A program made the translations under genes and the position numbers. A DNA stretch of 64,000 bases from Octopus vulgaris (lineage: Eukaryota): positions 30,442,001-30,506,000 of the forward strand of contig OX597833.1 in NCBI GenBank assembly GCA_951406725.2. Reading direction: 5' to 3'. This document shows, one piece after another, positions 50,281 to 62,045 of the stretch (position 1 is its first letter; every line of letters starts with the position of its first letter). Under the pieces are notes generated by a model. The model saw nothing but the letters and a program-made list of their open reading frames with translations, ran no database searches and had not been told where the DNA came from.

Positions 50281-50877
50281 TGACACTCTTGTAGTGGTTG
50301 GCATTAGGAAGGGCATCCAGCTGTAGAAACGTTGCCAGATCAGATTGGAGCCTGGTGCAGCCTTCTGGCTTGCCAGTCCTCAGTCAAACCATCCAACTCA
50401 TGCTAGCATGGAAAGCAGACATTAAACGATGATGATTATGATGTATATATTTTTTAACATCTACTTTTTTTATTATTTTATTGTTTCATTCATTTTACTG
50501 TTATTATACTTGCTTATAGCATACTGGTGACACTCAGATCTTTTAACTGGTTTCTTATCACCAGGAATGTCATCTGAATATGAATTCCTTGCCACGTAAC
50601 AATAATGGAGCTGTTAGTACTTGAAAATGTTAACCACTCCCATTTCTGCGGAGCAACTGTTTGTTGCTATGTAGACACTAGCTCATTGGTTGTTTCTAAT
50701 TTAACACATCTACTACTGCTAGCAGTGTTAACAAATGAATATTAAGCTTCTTCTAGTTTCTATCAAATTTCACTTACAAAGCATTAATCACCATAGCTGT
50801 AACAGAAGTCCAGTTGACAATGTCTCCAAAAAGTTTGAACAACCATAAACCACATGGTTCTGAAGTGAATTTCTTAA

Positions 50878-51088
50878 TTCTTTAGCATTTAAATCAGCAA
50901 CATTTGGCCAAAATGTACCACCTGTTTTATGTTCAAGCCAATCAGATCCAGCCACTAACGCCTACCCTACAATGTCATACTGAATATAAACAATCCCATC
51001 ATCAAAATCTCAAAGCTACAAGACAGTGCATGATTAATTCAAAACAATGTGAATAAATAAGCATTACATGTTACTGAATACTAAAGGG
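50878..51088. mobile_element. piggyBac-type MITE (opposite orientation to 37097)
   Basis: TTAA|ttctttagcatttaaa...CTAAAGGG|TTAG. Confidence 0.8.
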
Positions 51089-51146
51089 TTAGCTAAATAA
51101 CCATACCTTTGCTTATCATTAAATACATATATGCCTTGTATTCCAG

Positions 51147-51355
51147 GTGTAAGATCTGTGGTCGTGGATTTGCCCAAACAGGAATCCTGCAGACACACAT
51201 TTACCTCCACACAGGTCATAAAGGGCACCTCTGTGATACATGTGGTAAAGCCTTCCGTCAGAAATCTCAGCTGCGTTTACATCAGAAGCGACATTTAAAC
51301 CATCGAACCTTTCAATGCCCTGAAACTGACTGTAATGCATCATTTTTTACTAAAG
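51147..51355 (+). CDS. C2H2 zinc-finger gene exon (fingers 4-5, start of 6)
   Basis: ttccAG|G TGT AAG completes YKCKICG; CDTCGKAF, CPETDC; phase 1 donor G|GTTAG. Confidence 0.95.
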
Positions 51356-52172
51356 GTTAGTTGAACATGTTCATTTTACTTGTTTTGTTGTTACTTAACT
51401 CTATGTCAGTGCTGATTGAACATAATAATCAGAGATGTTTCAAATATGACCATCTTGTTTTCCATTTTGTTCAGGCATTTTGAATTACACTATGGCATGT
51501 GCCATTCTTTTTTTTAGATGGTGGAATATGGTTTGAGGTTTGAGGGAGATTTGGCTGCTGTTTCTAGCCAATCAGGTGATGACTTGGTTACTCCTCCATT
51601 GAGTTATTGTTGTTTAGTCCTGGATAGTCCTGATCTAACTTACAAAGGTGTTCCAGCAATGACAGTCTTGTCTATTTTGGGGTTTTTTTTTATCAAGCAC
51701 TACATTGTTCAATATACCTTTCTTCAAGGACAGTAGTGTGTGATTTGAGGGAGATATGATTGCTATATATAAGATATTGAGTGACAACATACAGATCCTC
51801 TTCAGTGGCTTGTGTATGTTTGTTTTGTTTGATAAGTGGTATTGTTATGTAGGGATTTGGCTTAATCAGGAGTTTTTGTTGATTTAGCACTTACTTCAAC
51901 AAACACATTATGTACTTCATTTGGAATTCATTCAACAACTCAGCTACACAAAGTTAGATTACTACTACTGTTGTTTAACATACAGGGATGTCCCTCTTGT
52001 GCCAGCATAATTAGTAAGTATTAAAAGATATCCTGTTTTATTTCAATGTTTAGTGAGTATTGAAAGATGCCCCACCTTGTTTTAATGTTTTAGTTATGAC
52101 TGAAAGATGTCCCATCACCACCAACGTCTTCAGCATACATATGTAAACCAATGAAAGAAATTCTGTGCTTAA

Positions 52173-53201
52173 CCCTTTCATTACCAAACCACCCAAAGCC
52201 GCCCGAATTTACCTATTCATATTTAAATGAGAATATCAGAGCAAATCTCTTTAGTACATTCGTGAAAACACGTATTATACTTCATAAACAGTTCAACTAC
52301 AGTTTTGTACAATAATCGAAGTGTAATTTTAATTCCGTGAATTTTGAGAGATTTTTTTCCGAAATTTGTTCCTATTGTGTTTTTAAAATTTGTAATTCTG
52401 ACAAAAAATGGATACGAATTTCATTATATCAAGCAGCGAGTCAGAATTCGAAGGATTTTCTACTGAAGACCTTCATAAATCTAACTCTACGACTGAAAAA
52501 AAAAAGCACATGGTATTTGATAATGAACCTGATGTTTCATTTTCCGAAAGTGAAAACAGTGAATTCGAGAGCTCCGACAGCGATAAAGAAAACGAATTGG
52601 CACCTGAATGGAGTGAAAATTTAAAAACTGTTTCTTTCGGTGATTTTTCTGAAGAAACTGGACCAAGCCACAGACTTTCCCAGAGGAGTAAAGCCTTAGA
52701 CTATTTCTTTTTACTTTTTCGAATGAGCCTATTTGAAATCATTACGGCGAAAACGAACCGTTACGCTAAACGTAAACAAAGCGAAAGAAACGATAGTTTG
52801 TGGTTTCCCATAACCTTAAATGAAATTAAGACTATTTTGCCGTAAATATTATTATGGGTATCAGAAAGTTACCCAGAATAACAAATTCTATCATAAAATT
52901 TTGTTGTATACCCAATTGAATATTGAATTTTCTATAGCGATGTTTGAACAAAATTTTAATTTTATATTTTGTTGAATTTACCTGTATCTACCTGCAATTA
53001 GAGTCACTTTGTGACAAAAATTATAGTATAGAATTGGTTGAGAATATTTCATTAAATTATCTTCCAAAAATCAGATTAATATATTGATAAATAAAAAAGT
53101 TATAGTTGTTTAATGAAACCAGACTAAATTTATGATTACGTTAGAAATTAATTGAAACACATAAGGGGTGTATTTTGGTCAGAAATATAGTAACGAAAAG
53201 G
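52173..53201 (+). mobile_element. Internally deleted piggyBac element with transposase N-terminus (ORF 52408-52845)
   Basis: TTAA TSDs at 52169-72 and 53202-05; TIR CCCTTTCATTAC/GTAACGAAAAGG; SESEFEGF, FSEETGP, DYFFLLF..IITAKTNRYA, MGIRKLP. Confidence 0.92.
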
Positions 53202-53451
53202 TTAACAAACTAGAAATAGCAGCAAAATCTATCCCTCAAATTATATCTTCTGATGCTTAAAAATATAGATATTGTAGTCATGATGGGAATGTTGTTAACA
53301 TAAGGTCTTCTTATACAGAGCTCACCTATTTTACCAACATCTTCACCATCATTACCAACATGTTCACCACCACCATTATCATTAACACAATACTCCTGTT
53401 ATTTATTGCTGTATTAATGTTGTCATACTTGTTATTTTTGTTTCTTTGCAG

Positions 53452-54143
53452 GAGATCTGCAGCGTCACAAGTTGAAACACTCTGGAGCACGACCATTTTT
53501 GTGTAACCTCTGCCCAAAGACATTCACTAGACTTCAGTATCTGAAGGAACACCTTAACCAACATACAGGACACAAGCCTTATTCATGCAAAATGTGTAAC
53601 CTCTCTTTCTATGATATGTCCACATACTACCGCCATGTGCGACGACACAAACTTGTGCAGGATGCTGGTAGTTCCTTAGAATTGCAAGGTGTGGCATTGC
53701 CAACAACTGGAGATGATGATAATGATAATGTAGACAAGCTGGCAGCGGCAGCAGCTGCGTCGGTGTTAGAGGAAGAAGCAGTAACAAACGAGACAGTCAC
53801 AGTGGAAGACAACACGTCACCTGTCATGACATACATTGTGACATCAGGAAATGTTACAGATGAAGAGTGTAAGGCACTGGAGCAGCAGGCAGTGGTGGCA
53901 GCAGCTGCTGCTGCAGAGTCTGGAGTGGATCACTCCACTTCACCAACTGCCACCCACCACCTTACAACCATCCCAAGTGAGGACTGTGGACAGCACACTG
54001 CAACAGAGGTATACCAAATCACTGTTGATCCAAGCCTAATCACAAGGGACGAACAAACTGGCCAACAAATGGTTACCACTGTGGACTTCTCAGCTATCAA
54101 TCTCTTAGCTAATGCAACTACAGAACAATACCTAAGTACTTAA
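53452..54143 (+). CDS. C2H2 zinc-finger gene last coding exon (end of finger 6, fingers 7-8, Ala/acidic tail, stop)
   Basis: tttctttgcAG|GA GAT completes GDLQRHKLKH; CNLC..HLNQH, CKMC..HVRRH; TAA at 54141-54143. Confidence 0.95.
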
Positions 54144-54403
54144 CTTCATCTTAGCACTCACTTCAGTTAGTTTTCCATTGGTAGCTTGTGAGTGAGGAAG
54201 TCAGGTTTAAGGATCATGTTGGGAAGAAAAGAATGACTAAAGAATACAGTTTATTGAATATTAAAAGAAAAGATTTTATTTCTCTGTTATTGAAACAGGG
54301 TTATCTTTTGTCTGTTTCCTTTTGTGTGTGTGTGTGTGTTTGTCATCAGTTCTTAATGAATCATTTACTTGATATCTTACACTGCTTATACTTTCAACTA
54401 TGC

Positions 54404-54435
<32 letters not shown>

Positions 54436-54437
<2 letters not shown>

Positions 54438-54570
54438 AGAGTAAACACATAAATGTGAAACAAGGTGGAAAAAAGAGTACTCAAATACCAGTGGTAGAGT
54501 AATATGCTTTATTTAAAAGCAGCAGAAAATTCAACAAAACCTGTTACTCTGAGTTTCACGTTTCCATGAA
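54436..54570 (-). mobile_element. Penelope pLTR 3'-end fragment with half hammerhead, in (TA)n
   Basis: aagcagcagaaaattcaacaaaacctgttactctgagtttcacgtttcc matches 15713-15761; lacks CUGAUGA. Confidence 0.8.
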
Positions 54571-54874
54571 TATATATATATACAATAGTGCCTGTCCCAT
54601 CCATGCCAGCAGGCAGATGTTAAATGATAATGATGACGTATGAACATTTGTATCTACTTGTAATATATCTATATAGTGTGTGTGGTTGTGTTTGAGCATT
54701 TGCATGTACTTAATATATATGTGTGTATATATGTATATATATATAAAGTCACAATATATGGATTCAAGTAATCTTCTAGTACTCATAAAAAAGCTCTTTA
54801 ATGTGTCATTATACAAACCATATATAATATATATAGTAATATACAAGAGAATATAATAAGGAGTGTATAATAAT

Positions 54875-54999
54875 CATAAATGACAGAAATATTTAGATGA
54901 ATCTTTATTTAACAATAAAATATCCAAATATCACGACTTTTAGATATTTGGATTTTTATCATTAAATAAAGATTCATCTAAATATTTCTGTCATTTATG
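54875..54999. repeat. AT-rich near-perfect palindrome (~58-bp arms, 10-nt loop)
   Basis: cataaatgacagaaatatttagatgaatctttatttaa...ccaaatatc acgactttta gatatttgg...ttaaataaagattcatctaaatatttctgtcatttatg. Confidence 0.9.
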
Positions 55000-55979
55000 G
55001 CTGTATATATATATAAATTGTATAAATTTTGCATACATGCATGTGCATGCAGTTGTATGTGTGTGTGTGTTTTCGTATATATATTTTCTTTTGATAAAAA
55101 AGAAATGATCTTTTTTCCAAGATTTTGCTCCTACCTTGCCTTGTATTTTTTCATCATATTCAATTTACTTAGTTATGACATAATCAAATTTATATCCCAA
55201 AGATCTGTCTTCTTTCTTAAGATCAGAAAATCATGTCGATAGCTGTTTCTTTACAAAGTTTATGTAATGCTTACAATGGGATACTGCTCCCATATCAGAG
55301 ATTGTGTTGCTGTTACACACACACATCCTAGAGTGCATTGAAAAGAAGGACAGTTTTTTTTTTAATAATTGTTATGTCAGTAAGCAGGAGCAGGCCCTCT
55401 AAGGTTAATGACATTGATGCTATGAATGTTCCTATTAAACTGTTGCATATGAACATTTTGGAAAAAAAAAAAGGACATGAGAAATAAAGGTATTCCAGAA
55501 ATTTGACATTCTGAGGAGGAAGGATTGGGTCAGAGGAATGTGAAGGCTCCAGCTATTGCAGTCAGTGTCTATAATACACCAAAGGCTTGCTGTGTTATAA
55601 CATGTACAAGACATTGTGTACAATCAAAGAGACAATATCATCGGTGAACATGTAGTGCTACCATTAGTTTCTGTTTGTGCACCAATATATTCATCCATTT
55701 TAAGGCATTCATGACTGCATGCTAGGTTCTGCAGTAGGCAAGGTATATCTGAAGAAACAAATCTAGTTCACATTTAGGGGTCACTACCTGCTCAATCAGA
55801 ATTGACACATTGAATAATATAGTCCTGGGTAAATTGTGAGTAAAAAAATATAATAGGGATGGAGACAGAATAAATTTGATCATAGGGATAACATAAGTCT
55901 AGACCATAGCATACCACCAAGTACACCACTAAATTGAGCACATTTTATTGGTGATCATCCCACATGTTAAATGCCTTAA

Positions 55980-56099
55980 CCCTTTTGCATTTAATCTGGC
56001 CCATTGAAATCTCAAAGCTACAAGATAATGCAGGATTATTTCAAAACAATGTGAATAAGTAAACAATTTATTTGACAAAGAAATCTGAATACTGAAAGG
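55980..56099. mobile_element. Short piggyBac-type MITE
   Basis: TTAA|CCCTTTTGCATT...ACTGAAAGG|TTAA. Confidence 0.8.
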
Positions 56100-57789
56100 T
56101 TAAAACAGTTAACACTAGTAAGCCACCTATTTTTGACAAAGTAATGTTCTATCAGTGAAGAGCCACATTTCTATGGACACAGCCCATAGTTTCTTACCTG
56201 TAATCCTCATGTTCCTTCATCCTTTAGGTACCAGCCCAACTGAGACCATCTTTATTCTATGATACAAATTTCCTGTTTTGAAGTGATTTAAATTAAAACC
56301 TCATGTCATGCTCCAAGCACCAGTTTAATAATAACAAAGTCATTTTACTAAATTCTTCATTATTTTCAAAATAAGACTGTGTAGTTTAACAGAAATCTGG
56401 TAACAAAATAGTTTTTAAAAAAATATCAACAGTGAACTGGTATGTAAAAACTCTGTAGAACTGTTGTCCCCATTCCTCACATGTCTCCAAATATTGTCAG
56501 TAACATTGTTGATAAAACTGTTGGAACTGAATGAAGTTCACAAGTTCAATCCCAGGTTGAGCAGATGAGTGTTGTTGTTTGACCACTAATCATACAGATC
56601 TGTGATCAAAGGTATTTTAGTCATGACCATTGTTTATCAGACACTAAATTGTCCAATATGTACTTCTTGTCTATCTGTTTTAGAATTGATATTCCATGCT
56701 CATGCATGTTGTTAAAGGTGACTAAAAGTTGGCAACAGAAAGAGTATCTGGTCATAATACACTGCCTCAGAAAAACTATCCAAATCATGCCAGATGATGA
56801 AGTTGTAATTTGGAGATTTGGCTGCTATTTCTTGTGCATTGAGCAACTGCAGAATGTCTATCAGCATCTATCTGATGATGTTGCAGGAGACTGAGCAACA
56901 AAACAAATGTAATTAATTTTTCAGACTACTAGTATTTAAATATTTGTATCAACGTTGTTTTAGTTACCTGATCTTTCTGATCATCAGCTATCTTATTTGT
57001 TCTAGGTTCTGTGCATCAAAAATATTCTAGCCATGACCAATCTTTTTTTTTTTTTTCCTAGCAAAGTATATCTCAGACTACACTAATGTGTCTTTCACTT
57101 TTTCAAGTGATATAAGAGGTTTGAGTGTTATTTCTAGCATATCAAACAACCATTTAGTGGCTCCCTCACTGTTTCATTTTTATTTCTGGAATTCTATATT
57201 GTTATTGCCCTTTTACCCTCACAACTATTGATGCTTATCTTCTTTATTCCTATTTTGTGCTGTCACTCTGTCTTTCGATGGTTCTAGTTGCATATTAGTT
57301 TTCCTGCGAGAAGCTGCAAGTCCTTACTCAACCTTTCTCTATTGTTGGAGAAAGGATGCTGTTAGTAGCTCCCCAGAACACAATGATTCTGAGAGGAAGA
57401 AACAAATATGCCCCAGTACATAGCTGATAATTTACCTACCTCAGAGGGATGGAATGGTTATGTTAATATCAGTGGAATTTGAATGCTGAGAGCCTGGACA
57501 TATAGCATTAGACTGTCTATCCAGTACTACCACTTCACTGCCTTATTGCCATATGTACAGTTTGAATAATTATAATCTTGTTAAAAACAATTTATCTCAG
57601 ACATTTAAATATTCAGTCAAAATAATCTTGCAACAACAAAAAAGTAAATCAGAAAATATGAAAAAATCTATTCATCAGTATGTGTGGGTCTGATGTCATG
57701 TTCTGTCAGTAAACCGAAACAGGTTTCTTGTAGCAGGAGACCCAACCAATAGTTTCTTACCCTTATTCCACATGTTTCATCACTGGAAA

Positions 57790-58275
57790 TGTGGAGAAAA
57801 TTTATCAGCTTGTGCATGAGGATTGCTGGAGGACAATCAATGACATTTTGAAGATTTTGAGGAAGAAAATTCGATAAAAGCAACCAGAATTGGATTCTTC
57901 ACAACAACAATGCACCATGTCACCAAGCTCTCCTGCTCATAAGTTTCTCGCCAAAAACAGCATGGCATCGCTTCTGCACCCACCCTTTTTGCCAGATTTA
58001 GCATCTGCAGATTTCCATCTCCTCCTCAAGATGAAAATACAGCTCAAAGGTTGTCGATTTAACACCATTGTCAAGATCAAGAGCAAATCGCAGAAGGTCC
58101 TCGACTCACTCAGAGAAAATGCCTTCCAAGCTAGATTCCATAAGTGGCAGGAATACTGGAACTGATGTACTGCCATACAAGGTGACTATTTTGAAAGAGA
58201 TGATATTAAAACTTAAGTAAATAAGTTATTTTTTATTAAACATAACTAGTCTGGGAACCTTTTGATACCACCTCG
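57790..58275 (+). mobile_element. mariner transposase C-terminal remnant with 3' TIR
   Basis: HNNNAPCH, HPPFLPDLASADFHLL..K..LKG, QGDYFE; ends tttgataccacctcg|TA. Confidence 0.88.
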
Positions 58276-58629
58276 TAGTACTTTGCTGAAATTTACTTTT
58301 ATTAATTCAGTCTGTGACCAAGATGAGGCACCACCTTATTGCATTCTGGCACTTGTTTTACCAAATCTGTATTTATCAAATGGCTAAGTTACCCTCGGTA
58401 AACATAGACATGTGTGTTGTGGCTTTCATCACACATTATGGTTGGTATTTCAATAACAATGCTTCATGTAAACTATAAGGAAAGAGTATTGTGGAAATAC
58501 AGATGATGGCATTCAGAACTGTCTTAAAAAAATAGTTCCAGTTAAGGAGGGAGCCTCTATTTGGTGGCCTGGCCTGCTAGAAATAGTAGTCAAGCCTTCA
58601 TAAAATCACACTATTGTCTTAGAATATAT

Positions 58630-58830
58630 TTATTTCTTTATTGCCCACAGGGGGCTAAACATAGGACAGGCAAAGGGATTAAGTCAATTACTTCAACTCC
58701 ACTGTGTAACTGGTACTTATTTAATTGACCCTGAAAGGATGAAAGACAGTTGAACTCGACGTATCAGGAGACAAAATACCACTATGCATTTTGCCTGGCA
58801 TGCTAATGATTCTGCCAGCTCACTGCCCTA
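58630..58830 (-). mobile_element. Meta-domain-like SINE
   Basis: Homologous to 14865-15078. Confidence 0.7.
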
Positions 58831-59704
58831 CTGTCTTAGAATATATTGAACAAGATATTACTGGACAGTATAACTTGGCACTGTCCTCAAGCTTGCCAAC
58901 ATGAAAAACAGGTATTAAATGATGATTACTTCCTCCCTCCAGCTAGAATGTCTTTGATCAAATATTCACGCTGTTCTTTCAGGACTAAATAGCAACATAT
59001 CAAAACATCAATCGTTTTCTGAATTAAAGCTCTATGGGGCTAGTGCTTTACCTAGTAAGATAATTGGAGGAAGGTATATCCAAGGACATCTGCTACATGA
59101 AGAACAAGTAGTAAAGTGGCACTAACATATTTAACATAATGAGCTCAGAAATTTTAATTATAATTATATCCCTAGAAAACAGTCATTATTTAAATGACTA
59201 ATTCCATATTTATTTTAAAAAGTAGACCTATATTTTCTCTAGTTATTCTAAGGTCTTGGAGTAACAGTGGTTGTGATGTATGAGACTATCCACAATTCTC
59301 ATTGAAATACCAAAGTTCTAACCATTGTATTTAATTAAAAAATTGTATATATTATCTCACATACTTTTCTTGACCTGATTGAGTCATTAACATTATGAGT
59401 TGTTTGTTCATACTTCAATATAATTCTAATAAATTATAATTTCTTGACTTACTAAATATGGCACTAATGGTAATTATCTATGGCTTCTAAAAATGTAAAG
59501 TAGATCAGGGGATAATCTCTCATGGACATGAAGGTTCATTACTTGTGGACCTGAGCTGGATTTGAATTCAGAATTTAAAGGAGGCATAACCAAATATATA
59601 TTAGAAATTAGTTTGTCCAATGTTCTGCTGATTCTAAAACCCATCATATTAATCTCTCACCCATACACATACATGGTGTTTGCTTCAAAATCTCAGAGAT
59701 GAAA

Positions 59705-59847
59705 TACAAGCCGTTAGGAAGGGCATCCAGCTATAGAAACCATGCCAAATCAGATTGGAGTCTGGTGCAGCCCCTCAGCTTACCAGCCCTAGTCAAACTG
59801 CTCAGTCCATGCCAGCATGGACAATGCCTGTTAAATGATGATGATCA
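59705..59847 (+). mobile_element. Short RTE tail copy
   Basis: gttaggaagggcatccagct...gccagcatgg...ttaaatgatgatgat. Confidence 0.8.
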
Positions 59848-60071
59848 TTTCACTTGTCTTTCTCTTAGAGAGAAAGTATAAATAGTGAATGGGTGTACTA
59901 ATGGCAGACGTCTTCTGATTTGTAAAATAAATTGGAAAAATTCCCATTAGTGTTGAGATTAACAAAAAACTATGAATAGAAGACTTTTAAAAAACTTTCA
60001 TCCAAAGAGGTTTGAAACATCCTAACTCCTCAAAAATCAAGGTGAGCAATTTCCGTTTTTCTCCAACTAAC

Positions 60072-60730
60072 ATGACTGTTGAGAGTGAGGAGTTTGAATG
60101 TGCATGACCTGGGGTCAGCTTGGAAGCCAGGTCACTTGCTCAATGATTTCCTGCTGCTTAATTTAAATGTAGCAGCCATTGGTGAGACAAGTATTACCAG
60201 AAAGCATGCACAAGCTCCATGATCAATGACATATCTCGTGGTCTGTTGGGATGAGGTGGAAAGGTAACTGTGCTATTCTGAGAATCTTTAGATCTCCAAC
60301 TACGAGCAGTCTTTTTGGACCAGACAGTCGATTAGTGGTCCTGCATGTGAGTGGTGGAAAGTGTGGTGTCATTAGACTGGTAACGATTTATGCTCCAACA
60401 GGGGCTGGAAGTCCAGATTACTTTAGGCGTGTAGAAATGTTTCGAGAATATATTGCTCTTTGGTACTTGTTGGGGATTGAAATTGTCTTTTGGATGCACA
60501 GAAAGATTGTGTGTGTGTGGGGGGGGGGGGTAATTAATATATAGTAGAATGTGGTCCAAAAGCCTCAAAACTTGCTCAGAATCTTCCAGCTGTCTGATAG
60601 CTTTTGATTGAATTTTCCTGGTGTGCCAGCCAGTGTGGACATGGAACAACTACAATTGGTCATCCAGATTGTATCTAGACAGTGTATTTAAGTCAATGGA
60701 TAATGATAGTGTGATCTGCTCAGTGGATTG
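60072..60730 (+). mobile_element. L1/Tx1-like APE endonuclease remnant
   Basis: RSLNVHDL...AAIGET, RLVTIYAPT, VGD*N, WTWNN...SRLYLD. Confidence 0.8.
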
Positions 60731-61099
60731 GGAAGTTGAATGCATCCTTTGTTCAGATTGTAAATGTAGAAAAATTCCACTTAGTATTTTGTCCAGCATG
60801 CTAATGATTCCGCCATCTTGCCTTAATAATAATAATACTAATGATTTCTTTAATTGCTACCAGAGTGACAGACAAGTGAGACAATACAGATATAAAGTCC
60901 AGTGATTTACATAAAATGAGATGATATCAGAAAGAGTAACATGTATACGTGGTATACAATAATAAAAAAGGAAGTATGTATAGTGTATTTAAAAAAAAAA
61001 TATAGGTAATAGTGATGTGGTCCTTTATCAGGTGGACCTCTAGGGACAATTGAAGAATTCAGAAAGTTTTCTGTGGACACCATGGTTAAGTGCCATCTC

Positions 61100-61710
61100 C
61101 AGTTCCATTTCTCCAATTTACAGTTCTATACTTAAAGTGGAGCCATTCACTCTTGCAATTTTTGCAACATTCACCTACTTTTCAATAAATTCGGTTGAAG
61201 ACACTGACTCTTTCTCAACTCTTACTTTCCTTTTCAAGTGGAACTTGAAAAAGTTAATGAGGGATCTGTCAAAGAGGAAATTGTCTGTTCTCATGTCTTT
61301 CAGAGTTGTTCACTAAACAACGTTTTTGGCAGTCGACTCCAGACAAAGAAAAACTGCCTAACCTACCTAACTGAGCCAACAGACAGATCCCGCACACATG
61401 ACTGTAGAAGGCTGTAAGTGCCTGATAAAACATTTCATTCCAGGTGTTGTTACTTCAGTGTATGTCTACACATGAAGCTACAGCATACCTAATTCACCAC
61501 ACAGGATTCTGACAGCAGACTGACCATTGGAACATGTTCTTTCCATAAAATACATAAATAATAGACATTCTAATTTGATTGAGTGGTCGCTAGAGCTAGG
61601 CACGATGGTCAAGTGATAAATAATAATGGAGGCAGTGTAGGCATTCATCATTTCTGTCCAACCTTTCAGAAACAGCTTCCTCTCAGCCATTAATTGGGTA
61701 AAACTGGCCT
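61100..61710 (-). mobile_element. L1/Tx1-like ORF2 C-terminal remnant
   Basis: ERKLFLKG..MMNAY.ASIIIYHLT...KLE.LLF...GELGM, then NVAKIARVNG. Confidence 0.7.
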
Positions 61711-61815
61711 CTGTTATAATTTCCAGACAAAAAGGTGTGTGATTTAAGGGAGATTTTGCTGTTGTTTCTAGCACATCCCACGACCACTCGGTACCTTCTT
61801 TATTTCTTTGTCATA

Positions 61816-62035
61816 TATTCTTTTACTTGTTTCAGTCATTTGACTGCGACCATGCTAGAGCACTGCCTTGAAGGGTTTTAGTTGAATAAATCGACCTCAG
61901 GACTAATTTCTTAAGCCTAATACTTATTCTATCAGTCTCTTTTATCCAAACTGCTAAGTTATGGGAACCTAACCACACCAACACCAGTTGTCAAGTGGTG
62001 ATAGGGACAAACACAGACACAAAGACACACACACA
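61816..62035 (-). mobile_element. SINE tail (8991-type)
   Basis: tcttttacttgtttcagtcatttgactg...ctgctaagttatggg matches 9001-9180. Confidence 0.8.
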
Positions 62036-62045
62036 TATTTGTATA

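Larger units (their letters stand above)
45965..50443 (+). mobile_element. Near-full-length degraded RTE LINE interrupted by a MULE
   Basis: VGTLNVGTLKGRSGE (EN start), SAYAPLPG, YKGIKLL, DMERTFD; tandem 3'UTR units; (GAT)n tail. Confidence 0.93.

Noticed and set aside
32252-54143. Naming the zinc-finger gene as a ZBTB24/MYNN-type orthologue on finger count
   Set aside because: No BTB domain seen; orthology cannot be established without searches.
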